Source: Candidatus Saccharimonadia bacterium
Lineage (GTDB): Bacteria; Patescibacteriota; Saccharimonadia; UBA4664; SCTI01
Reading direction: 5' to 3'
DNA: 64,000 nucleotides
NCBI GenBank assembly: GCA_046597065.1
Contig: JBKJLI010000003.1
Location: 2,807-66,806 of the forward strand
Every line of letters starts with the position of its first letter. Position 1 is the stretch's first letter. Position numbers and translations under genes: made by a program. A model generated the notes under the pieces. It saw only the letters and a list, made by a program, of their open reading frames with translations. It was not told where the DNA came from and made no database searches. Shown here piece after piece: positions 23,234-30,592 of this stretch.

Positions 23234-23479
23234 CTACTTATGGCTTTGTGAATGTTTTTGTTTTGCTAAGGCCAGCCAGCCCAGTGCATTGATTGTAATT
23301 GTTACGGCAGAAAACCACAGCGACAGACTTACGTAAGTGATCGCAAAAGTTATTAAGACGCCGGCTGTGATTAAGCTGGTACTAAATGCTGGTTTGTTTT
23401 CACTGCGTAACGATGGAACCAGTGCCAGCGAAAAAATTAACGAGCCGGCTGCCAAAACAAAATCTTGCCATTTATACAT
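23234..23479 (-). CDS. Small 3-TM hypothetical protein
   Basis: 81 aa with three hydrophobic helices. Confidence 0.6.
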   Translation of the reverse strand: MYKWQDFVLAAGSLIFSLALVPSLRSENKPAFSTSLITAGVLITFAITYVSLSLWFSAVTITINALGWLALAKQKHSQSHK

Positions 23480-23544
23480 GCCCTAATCATATCAAAAGCG
23501 ACTGGCGGGGTTCCTGCCATATAACCTGTGATAAGATTACGGCT

Positions 23545-25200
23545 ATGATTCTGGGTGTCGACATCGCGGAAAAAACGATTGGCGCCAAGGAACTTTTCCG
23601 AGGGCTAGAGTTTAGGTTGGAATTAGGCGAAAAGGTCGCTATCATCGGCCGCAATGGCGTTGGCAAAACAACATTGTTTAACATGCTTGCTGGCAACGAT
23701 AAAATTTTTATCGGCGAGGTCAAGGGTAGGCGCGGGCTTCGAATCGCCGCCACCAAACAAGAATTTCACGGCACTGGCGAGGTGACCTGCTACGACTATA
23801 TCTTGGACAATATTCCGGAATTCAGGGTACTACAAAAGATAATCGATGCATATCCTGAAAGCAAAGATCATAGCCAAAAAAATATCGCTGCTTATACCGA
23901 CGCCTTAGAGCGATTTTCGCAGCTCGATTACTTTTCTATTAAAGACAGAGTTTTTAATGCATTAGCGGTATACCAAATTGGACCCGAAGCGGCATTACAG
24001 CGGTTTAAAAACCTTTCTGGCGGACAAAAGCGGTTCGCCGATTTAGTGCGAGTAGAGCTATCTTACTCCGATCTGGCACTTGTAGATGAACCTACCAACC
24101 ACATGGACTATGTGGGCAAAGCAGCCTTTATTAACTGGCTCAATGATTCCTCACACGCTGTAGCGGTTATCACCCATGATCGCGACGTGCTTGCCAATGT
24201 CGACCGCATAATCGAGATTAAAGACAAGAAAGCCTACAGCTTTAATGGCAACTATCATGAGTATTTACGGCTTAATAACAGTTCAACGGTCGATAAAATT
24301 ACCGACTACGAAACCGGCCAGCGAACCCTAGATAATCTTTATAAGCAGTTAATAGCCGCTAAAACTAAAAAGTTAAACGCCAGCTCTGACTCGGCCAAAA
24401 AGTTTCGGATTATGGAGGATCGACTGCAACGGCAGTATGATGATTTGAAAGCTCAAGTCTCTAGGCCCGATTTCTGGATCGACCAAGAAAATGTCGCCAT
24501 GATGCCTGGCAAGGTTTCCGAAAAATATCATAAATATAAATCCAAAAATATCCGCATACTTGGTCATCAGGGCATCGATTCAATTCACGAATTACTCCGA
24601 ATTAATGGCCTTTCCCTTGGTTACGATCACCCACTCTTTGATTACGTTAGTTGTAATGTTTCCTCTGGAAGCCAAATTCAAATAAAAGGCCGCAATGGCG
24701 CTGGCAAAACAACCTTGGTCCGAGCCATTATTGCTGCATCCACTAGCGAAACTCCCCCATCTACTACCTTTGCGGGAGAGATCTTGCCTCATAAAAAAAT
24801 CAAAGTGGGTTTTTACGAACAGGAAATCAGCGAGCATTACTTACGCCTAACGCTTGCCGACGCAATTAAACAGACCTACCACGATAAGGACGTGCCAATC
24901 AATGACCAAAAGGTTAAGCAGATAATGGCCGACTACTTATTCGATCCTCAAATCGATGGCAGGCTTAGGGTAGAGCAGCTTTCGGGTGGGCAAAAAGCCC
25001 GTTTGCAAATAATTAAGATGCTTTGCAATAAACCGAATCTACTCATTCTGGACGAACCTACTAATCACCTAGACCTGCCTTCGGTAGAAGAGCTAGAAAA
25101 CGCCCTCACCAAGTATGATGGAGCAATAATCTTTGTGTCACACGACACCTTTTTTGCCAAAAACTTTGACGCCGAAGTCATTCAAATTGGGGAACAGTAA
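23545..25200 (+). CDS. ABC-F family ATPase (ribosome-associated)
   Basis: Two ABC domains (GRNGVGKT/LSGGQ/DEPTNH and GRNGAGKT/LSGGQ/DEPTNH), no TM helices; start reset to ATG 23545. Confidence 0.92.
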   Translation: MILGVDIAEKTIGAKELFRGLEFRLELGEKVAIIGRNGVGKTTLFNMLAGNDKIFIGEVKGRRGLRIAATKQEFHGTGEVTCYDYILDNIPEFRVLQKIIDAYPESKDHSQKNIAAYTDALERFSQLDYFSIKDRVFNALAVYQIGPEAALQRFKNLSGGQKRFADLVRVELSYSDLALVDEPTNHMDYVGKAAFINWLNDSSHAVAVITHDRDVLANVDRIIEIKDKKAYSFNGNYHEYLRLNNSSTVDKITDYETGQRTLDNLYKQLIAAKTKKLNASSDSAKKFRIMEDRLQRQYDDLKAQVSRPDFWIDQENVAMMPGKVSEKYHKYKSKNIRILGHQGIDSIHELLRINGLSLGYDHPLFDYVSCNVSSGSQIQIKGRNGAGKTTLVRAIIAASTSETPPSTTFAGEILPHKKIKVGFYEQEISEHYLRLTLADAIKQTYHDKDVPINDQKVKQIMADYLFDPQIDGRLRVEQLSGGQKARLQIIKMLCNKPNLLILDEPTNHLDLPSVEELENALTKYDGAIIFVSHDTFFAKNFDAEVIQIGEQ

Positions 25201-25238
25201 TTAACTTTTTATGTTTATGATAGCTAGAACTGCCATAT

Positions 25239-25628
25239 TTATTTCAGCTTGAAGTCGAAAACCAAAAATGGATCGTCATCCTCGATCTTACGTCCAATAT
25301 AATCATAGTATCCCGATAGAACTTCACGCTGATGCTCTTTATCCTTATATGATTCATGTGTGCCTGTTTTGATGGGTATATTTTTAAAAATGGTCGTGGA
25401 TTTATCTTCAATCTTGGCCTTACCGACAATCTCCTTTGTGTCAGAGTTTTGAATGCTTACATTGTCTCCTACCTCGAGGTAGTCATATTTATTGCCGAAT
25501 CTGTACGTGGTTAGCTTCTTTTGCTCAAGGATAAATCGCACCAGCTCCGGCGCAAATGGAATTACATAAGCATCTGGACTGTACTCAGTAGGATTTATGG
25601 ATGTAGTATCCGGTACTCGGTAATTCAT
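25239..25628 (-). CDS. Cassette 5: ASCH/PUA-like domain protein
   Basis: IPF...V.FIL...K.TTYR....YL.VGD.V pattern; start reset to ATG 25628 because the ORF-track N-terminus is repeat sequence. Confidence 0.6.
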   Translation of the reverse strand: MNYRVPDTTSINPTEYSPDAYVIPFAPELVRFILEQKKLTTYRFGNKYDYLEVGDNVSIQNSDTKEIVGKAKIEDKSTTIFKNIPIKTGTHESYKDKEHQREVLSGYYDYIGRKIEDDDPFLVFDFKLK

Positions 25629-25634
25629 GACCCC

Positions 25635-25708
25635 ATGATAACAAAAACGACCTTTCGGTCGTTTAAGCATAAGTGCAATGGCTCACCCTAAGGGACGATT
25701 TTCAAACT
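25635..25708 (-). repeat. Cassette junction R5 (att-like arm, tRNA-3' core, terminator hairpin, -10)
   Basis: + strand ATGATAACAAAAACGAC-CTTTCG-GTCGTTTAAGCATAAGTGCAA-TGGCTC...TTCAAACT. Confidence 0.9.
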
Positions 25709-26111
25709 ATAATGACGGTCCAAGCCAATTACTGGGGATAGCATACTTCTCAACTGTACCAGCTGGAACATCACCGTTACCTTCAAAAATAATTGTCCAA
25801 GCGCCGTTCTGTTTTGATAAATAAATGTGACCGCCGCCGCCCTCTCCATTGGTCACTACATGCGCCAAGCTTGACTCCTTGTTCTCAATCTTGCAGTTAG
25901 TATTGCCCGTGCACTTTGCTGCTTTAAGAATTTGGTCGTCTTCACTTAAATTATTCTTAGTTTCGACTGCTTTAACTACAGTTTTTGTTGAATCATTGGC
26001 GACCTGACGTGCGGTATAAACGTATACTCCTCCGCCAACTAGCAAACTAGCTAGGAGGACAAATAATACTACTTCTAATCCGGAGAATCCTTTTTGATTG
26101 AGTTTTTTCAT
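25707..26111 (-). CDS. Cassette 4: type IV pilin-like protein
   Basis: Class III signal MKKLNQKG|FSGLE followed by a hydrophobic helix; Cys pair. Confidence 0.75.
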   Translation of the reverse strand: MKKLNQKGFSGLEVVLFVLLASLLVGGGVYVYTARQVANDSTKTVVKAVETKNNLSEDDQILKAAKCTGNTNCKIENKESSLAHVVTNGEGGGGHIYLSKQNGAWTIIFEGNGDVPAGTVEKYAIPSNWLGPSL

Positions 26112-26134
26112 GAGTGCTCGCCTGTTTTGAACTA

Positions 26135-26193
26135 AGAGTAGCTAAAAATAAGCATAAGTGCAATGGCTCCGAGTGGTAATGGAAGTTAGAACT
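26135..26193 (-). repeat. Cassette junction R4 (no hairpin; TTGCAC-17-TACTCT promoter on the - strand)
   Basis: + strand TAAGCATAAGTGCAA-TGGCTCCG-AGTGGTAATGGAAGTTAGAACT. Confidence 0.9.
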
Positions 26194-27010
26194 AGTATCC
26201 AGGGTGATCAGGAAACAACGGGTCAACGAGGCGAGCGGCCGTTAAAAGCTCTTTATCGCTAAACTTTTTCCGAATTACTTTTTCCCAACCCTCACCACTA
26301 TTACTCGGGTCGGCTGGACTAACCGATCTTTTCCAATCTAAATGCTCGGATAGCTTGTTATCTTCTGGGTTACGACGGGTGTAGTGCAGGACTTGGCAAT
26401 TAAAGATTTTTACTCCCGGCTCCTTTGATTTATCCATTTCTACCCACTGCTCAATTGTCATACGCTCAAGAATAAAGCGAAACGCAGACATAACCTCACC
26501 ATGGCACACAATTATCACTCGCTTGTCTGAGCATTCACGGTGAAGTGTATTGAGGATTGGGCGCAGGCGATTGGTAAGTTGGGCGATTGACTCACCGTTG
26601 GGAGGAATCCAATAAAATGGGTCTGTGTCCCTCTGTTTTAACGACTCTTCAGACAAATGCAGGCGCTCTTCCGGCGGCTTACTGTCAAAATCACCCCATT
26701 CTCTTTCTCTCAATAGTGGCTCAACAAACCAGTTTGGACCATCAATTTCAAGCAATCCCGCCGTCTCCACAGCTCGGGTGTAGGTTGAAACGTATCGGCG
26801 GTCGAAGAAGCCAAGTTCATTATCTTTAAGCCACCCGCCGGCTTTTTTTGCCTGTGTCCTTCCTTTAACTGTAAGTCGGTGCTGCGAGCCGTGACGACTT
26901 CGGAATGCCTTTGTATATAAACTGCTATCACCCTTCTTGGCAAAATGGGATGCCAGGTTTTGTTCAGATTGGCCGTGGCGAACAAGAATTAAGTCAATTG
27001 GCATTGCCAT
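26192..27010 (-). CDS. Cassette 3: histidine phosphatase (phosphoglycerate-mutase family)
   Basis: LVRHGQS, S.YTRA.ET, LREREWG, PNGES, VCHG. Confidence 0.9.
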   Translation of the reverse strand: MAMPIDLILVRHGQSEQNLASHFAKKGDSSLYTKAFRSRHGSQHRLTVKGRTQAKKAGGWLKDNELGFFDRRYVSTYTRAVETAGLLEIDGPNWFVEPLLREREWGDFDSKPPEERLHLSEESLKQRDTDPFYWIPPNGESIAQLTNRLRPILNTLHRECSDKRVIIVCHGEVMSAFRFILERMTIEQWVEMDKSKEPGVKIFNCQVLHYTRRNPEDNKLSEHLDWKRSVSPADPSNSGEGWEKVIRKKFSDKELLTAARLVDPLFPDHPGY

Positions 27011-27030
27011 GTTTAATACTCCCTACTCCC

Positions 27031-27106
27031 ATCATAACAAAAACGACACTTTCAAGTCGTTTAAGTATAAGTGCAATGGCTCCGGTTCCTACAGGATGTT
27101 AGAACT
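27031..27106 (-). repeat. Cassette junction R3
   Basis: + strand ATCATAACAAAAACGAC-ACTTTCAA-GTCGTTTAAGTATAAGTGCAA-TGGCTCCGG...GTTAGAACT. Confidence 0.92.
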
Positions 27107-27596
27107 ATTCACTCAGGTGTTTGAGCAAAAATACCGCCGAGTTACCGTACCCGTATTGATAATCGTTAATCCTACCTGCGTTCTGGTACCCGTTCTTTGC
27201 ATAAAAATGGATAACCTTTTCATCGTCTTCATTAGTATAAACAAACATCTTGGTAGCGCTTCGCCCACGAGCTATCTGTTCAGTTGCTTCCAGTAAAAGA
27301 CTCCCAGCTCCCTGGCCGGCAAATTCTGGTTCAATGGCCATTATTACGATTACCCACTTCTCCTCGCCCTCTAAACCATTTATGGGGCTTTCTTGCTGGG
27401 TGTAAACAAAGCCAATAGTTCTGCCATTATTCAAGATGACTACGCATGCTCCACGGTTTGCGCGGATTTGCGCTGCCATTTCGTCAAAAGAGAACCATTC
27501 CGAAATGTTTGCGTCTGACGTTTTCCCGAAGGCACGCTCTGCTATGCTACGAAGTTCTGACATTTGATTATCCGACTTGAGAAGTTCTGTGTGCAT
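27105..27596 (-). CDS. Cassette 2: GNAT acetyltransferase
   Basis: PEFAGQGAGSLLL (motif A), FYAKNGY; start reset to ATG 27596. Confidence 0.88.
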   Translation of the reverse strand: MHTELLKSDNQMSELRSIAERAFGKTSDANISEWFSFDEMAAQIRANRGACVVILNNGRTIGFVYTQQESPINGLEGEEKWVIVIMAIEPEFAGQGAGSLLLEATEQIARGRSATKMFVYTNEDDEKVIHFYAKNGYQNAGRINDYQYGYGNSAVFLLKHLSE

Positions 27597-27602
27597 ACAT
27601 AA

Positions 27603-27679
27603 ATGATACCAAAAAACGACCCTCTTGAGTCGTTTAAGCATAAGTGTAATGGTTCCTGGTGGTGATGGAAGTTAGAACT
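27603..27679 (-). repeat. Cassette junction R2
   Basis: + strand ATGATACCAAAAAACGAC-CCTCTTGA-GTCGTTTAAGCATAAGTGTAA-TGGTTCC...GGAAGTTAGAACT. Confidence 0.92.
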
Positions 27680-28322
27680 TTAGCAGCTGTCTAACTTTCG
27701 GCATGACTTTACTGTATATAAATTCATGGCCATCATCATTTGGGTGGACGCCATCAATTAATAACGCCTCTTCGCCCTTTGCTTTAAACTCATCGTAAAT
27801 TCTGATGCAGGGAATATGATTTTCTCTACATACCGCATGGAGTATTATATTAAATTTCGTTATGCGATCATTATCATAACATTTACCCGTAGAGGAGCTC
27901 TCAAGCGGAGTAGTTTTCCCCTCGTCCACCGGAGGAATCTCGATAAAAAAGATGTTTCTATCACTATATTCTTTAGCCCTAGCCACCAATTTATTGAGCG
28001 AATTTCGATACTCTTCTTCGCTGGTCTCATACTCAATTTTACTTAGGTGTTGCTTCCGATGAAGGGAATCGTTTGTCCCCGTTGCGAATATAAATGCATA
28101 CTCTTCTCCATCCCATAGCCTAGCCTTGGTTTCGTTATCAAATCTTTCTAGAATAAGCTCGGCTGTATTCCCGTCAACACCAAGACTAAACACCTTGTTA
28201 TAGTCTTTTATACCGTTGTCGACTTCGTAGGCTTGGACTGCAGCCTTTACCCTATCGGCCCAACCACCCTTACTATCCCAAAGGCCCTGAGTAATACTGT
28301 CACCGTAAATAAATATGATCAT
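27672..28322 (-). CDS. Cassette 1: SGNH/GDSL hydrolase
   Basis: GDSITQG, GVDG, GTND, DGVHPN; start at ATG 28322 (or GTG 28328). Confidence 0.92.
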   Translation of the reverse strand: MIIFIYGDSITQGLWDSKGGWADRVKAAVQAYEVDNGIKDYNKVFSLGVDGNTAELILERFDNETKARLWDGEEYAFIFATGTNDSLHRKQHLSKIEYETSEEEYRNSLNKLVARAKEYSDRNIFFIEIPPVDEGKTTPLESSSTGKCYDNDRITKFNIILHAVCRENHIPCIRIYDEFKAKGEEALLIDGVHPNDDGHEFIYSKVMPKVRQLLKF

Positions 28323-28328
28323 ACCCAC

Positions 28329-28383
28329 ATCATAACAAAAACGACCCTTTCGAGTCGTTTAAGTATAAGTGCAATGGCTCCGG
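28329..28383 (-). repeat. Cassette junction R1, contiguous with the tRNA-Asn 3' end
   Basis: + strand ATCATAACAAAAACGAC-CCTTTCGA-GTCGTTTAAGTATAAGTGCAA-TGGCTCCGG. Confidence 0.92.
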
Positions 28384-28449
28384 GGGCCGGACTCGAACCG
28401 GCAACCTACTGATTAACAGTCAGTTGCTCTACCATTGAGCTACCCCGGA
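28375..28449 (-). tRNA. tRNA-Asn (GTT), CCA encoded
   Basis: TCCGGGG-TAGCTCAATGGTAGAGCA-ACTGA CTGTTAA TCAGT-AGGTT-GCCGGTTCGAGTCCGGC-CCCCGGA-GCCA folds as a cloverleaf, 75 nt. Confidence 0.97.
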
Positions 28450-28531
28450 ATAGTACCTAAGTACTCCGAAAGTATACTTCTCGAGACTCAACCTGGTCAA
28501 ATCTCAATCATAGGGGTATGCTAAATGCATT

Positions 28532-29710
28532 ATGATCGAAAAACAGCTATTTGGAGCCATTCTCTCCCGCATAAAGGTTGGCGCACTTAAAGTTACCTAC
28601 TGGGACGGCAGCACCATTACCTACGGCAATGCCAAACCGGATGTTCATATTACCTTTAAGAACGTTCAAGCTGCTCGAGCGATTTTAAAAAACATGAGCC
28701 TTGGCTTTGGCGAAGGTTACATGAACGGCGATATTGAAATTAAGGGCCCCCTGGATCACGTTGGTAAGATTATCAGCGAAAACCAAAAGGCCTTTAGCCG
28801 ACTGATGATTTCGCGACTTACTAGCATTAAGGTGCCCAACACTCGCAGTCGCCAAAAGGCGCAAATTCAGCACCACTACGACTTAGGAAACCAGTTTTAT
28901 AAGCTATGGCTAGACCGATCAATGACGTATAGTTGTGCATATTTTAAAAAAGATACCGACAGCTTAGAAGTAGCTCAAGACCAAAAACGCCAGCACTTAC
29001 TACGCAAGCTGCAGCTTAAGCCGGGCATGACCTTGCTAGATATTGGAAGCGGCTGGGGCGAGCTACTATTTACTGCTGCTAAAGATTATGGCATCACCGG
29101 CATGGGTGTAACTTTAAGCGCCGAACAGTACAAGCACTGTATCGACAAAGCCAATAAACTTGGGCTCGACGATAAGATTAAGTTTGAACTGATTAATTAC
29201 CAAGATCTGGCCGAGCGAAAAAATGTTCAGTTCGATCGAGTGATCAGCGTGGGCATGTTCGAACACGTTGGAAAGCGCAACCAAAGCCAGTACTTTGGCG
29301 CCGTAGATAAGCTGTTAAAGCTTGGCGGCATATCGGTCTTGCACACCATCTTCGTTGCCCGTGATCCCGGCAACGACCCTTGGATTGATAAGTATGTTTT
29401 CCCCGGTGGCTACCTGCCTGAACTCGCCGAAATATCGCGTTCGATGGCCGAACGTGACATGCACATGGTTGATTTAGAAAGTCTGCGCCTGCACTATGCC
29501 ATGACACTGGATGAGTGGTGGAAGCGCTATGAAACCCATAAGGCTGATGTTATTAAAATGTATGATAAGCGCTTTTACCGTATGTGGCGGTTTTGGTTGC
29601 AAATGTCGTCTGCTGGGTTCCGTTACGGCAACCTAGACCTGGGGCAGATTGTATTTACCAAGGGAATAAACAATGCTCTCCCACTAACGAGAGAGCATTG
29701 GTACAAGTAA
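28532..29710 (+). CDS. cfa: Cyclopropane-fatty-acyl-phospholipid synthase
   Basis: HHYDLGN.FY.LWLD.SMTYSCAYF, LDIGSGWG, SVGMFEHVG, KYVFPGG. Confidence 0.93.
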   Translation: MIEKQLFGAILSRIKVGALKVTYWDGSTITYGNAKPDVHITFKNVQAARAILKNMSLGFGEGYMNGDIEIKGPLDHVGKIISENQKAFSRLMISRLTSIKVPNTRSRQKAQIQHHYDLGNQFYKLWLDRSMTYSCAYFKKDTDSLEVAQDQKRQHLLRKLQLKPGMTLLDIGSGWGELLFTAAKDYGITGMGVTLSAEQYKHCIDKANKLGLDDKIKFELINYQDLAERKNVQFDRVISVGMFEHVGKRNQSQYFGAVDKLLKLGGISVLHTIFVARDPGNDPWIDKYVFPGGYLPELAEISRSMAERDMHMVDLESLRLHYAMTLDEWWKRYETHKADVIKMYDKRFYRMWRFWLQMSSAGFRYGNLDLGQIVFTKGINNALPLTREHWYK

Positions 29711-29747
29711 CTCTTACCACAACGAACCGGTTAGCCTTACTTAACGT

Positions 29748-29858
29748 TTAATATTTTTGTGAAATTAGCACCGGTGCCATAGCACGCGGTTCAAACACTT
29801 CAAATGTGTACGAAAACAGATACTTGCGGTAACTTTTTCGCAGTTTTCGTTTGCTCAT
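29748..29858 (-). CDS. Unannotated 36-aa basic peptide downstream of lexA
   Basis: MSKRKLRKSYRKYLFSYTFEVFEPRAMAPVLISQKY*, preceded by the RBS-like AAGGGGGAAGGAA. Confidence 0.5.
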   Translation of the reverse strand: MSKRKLRKSYRKYLFSYTFEVFEPRAMAPVLISQKY

Positions 29859-29898
29859 TTCCTTCCCCCTTTGTTTTTAGTTTCCGGACCGTAATAGT

Positions 29899-30519
29899 TT
29901 AGTATTTGCGAATCACTCCAATGCAAACTCCCTGTATCTTAATGGGCGTATCAGGCTTAACGATAATCGGAGCATAGGCATCGTTAGCCGGCTGCAGTCG
30001 GATGTGATTCTTTTCTTTAAAGTAGCGCTTTAGGGTAGCCTCTTCGCCATTAATCAGTGCTACCACCATTTCGCCGTTCGAAGGCACCGTCTTTTCTTGA
30101 ATCACCACATAGTCGCCCTCAAAAATACCGTCATTAATCATGGAATCGCCCTTAACTTGCAGCACGTAGGAGTGGCGAGTACCGACCATAAATGGTGGCA
30201 CTTCTAGAGTTTCGGTATGACCCGACATGGTTTGAATTGGTTGGCCGGCCGCAATAAGACCCAGAATTGGTAGGCCCACCGAACGGTCTTCATCAAAATC
30301 GTCTGGGGTGACTATTTGTAGCGAACGAGCCGAATTATCGCTTTTCTTTAATAAGCCCTTAGAAACCAGCGTTTCAACATGATCGGCCACGGTTGCTACC
30401 GATCCTAAGCTAAAAGCTTCGGCAATTTCTCGGTAACTGGGCGCGTAGCCATTAAGCTCGATCGATTGACTAATGTAATCGAGAACCTCTTTTTGTCTTT
30501 TGGTTAATGGCTCGGCCAT
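29899..30519 (-). CDS. lexA: SOS repressor LexA
   Basis: LTKRQ...PSYREIA HTH, IAAG cleavage site, VKGDSM (Ser), ATLKR (Lys), LQPAN. Confidence 0.96.
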   Translation of the reverse strand: MAEPLTKRQKEVLDYISQSIELNGYAPSYREIAEAFSLGSVATVADHVETLVSKGLLKKSDNSARSLQIVTPDDFDEDRSVGLPILGLIAAGQPIQTMSGHTETLEVPPFMVGTRHSYVLQVKGDSMINDGIFEGDYVVIQEKTVPSNGEMVVALINGEEATLKRYFKEKNHIRLQPANDAYAPIIVKPDTPIKIQGVCIGVIRKY

Positions 30520-30549
30520 GCTCGCCTCCTATGGCTTATGTTCGTTTTT

Positions 30550-30578
30550 AGTATGGCGAACATTAACCGAACTGTCAA
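30550..30578 (-). promoter_or_regulatory. lexA promoter TTGACA-17-CATACT with a GTTC-N7-GTTC direct-repeat operator in the spacer
   Basis: - strand TTGACA GTTCggttaatGTTCgc CATACT; RBS AGGAGG downstream. Confidence 0.8.
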
Positions 30579-30592
30579 GCACCTTAACCGTT

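Larger units (their letters stand above)
25202..28374 (-). mobile_element. Tandem array of five putative single-gene integrative cassettes at tRNA-Asn
   Basis: tRNA 3'-end copies at 27650, 27077, 26164 and 25679; one co-oriented ORF per unit; residual GCTAGAACT arm at 25223-25231. Confidence 0.7.

Noticed and set aside
20207-23479. Run of small co-oriented genes as an extension of the cassette array
   Set aside because: I found no TGGCTCC core, AACGAC hairpin or GTTAGAACT arm between them, and the ABC-F gene separates them from the array.
27031-27106. Junctions as classical integron attC sites (TTCTAAC at the stop, GTTATGA before the next gene)
   Set aside because: There is no full-length R''-L''/L'-R' palindrome, R2 has GGTATCA, the GTTATGA is better explained as an extended -10, and there is no intI in the window.
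27597-27641. Shared N-termini MLKR... of ORFs 27105-27641 and 25239-25670 as a protein leader
   Set aside because: This is an artefact of translating the junction repeat; the real starts fit ATGs 6 nt after the -10.
25679-27679. Internal TGGCTCC copies as extra tRNA genes
   Set aside because: Only 6-9 bp match the tRNA 3' end, and no cloverleaf can form.
25635-28383. Junction repeats as a CRISPR array
   Set aside because: The spacers are 400-850 bp intact ORFs, the repeats are degenerate and contain a tRNA 3' end, and there are no cas genes.
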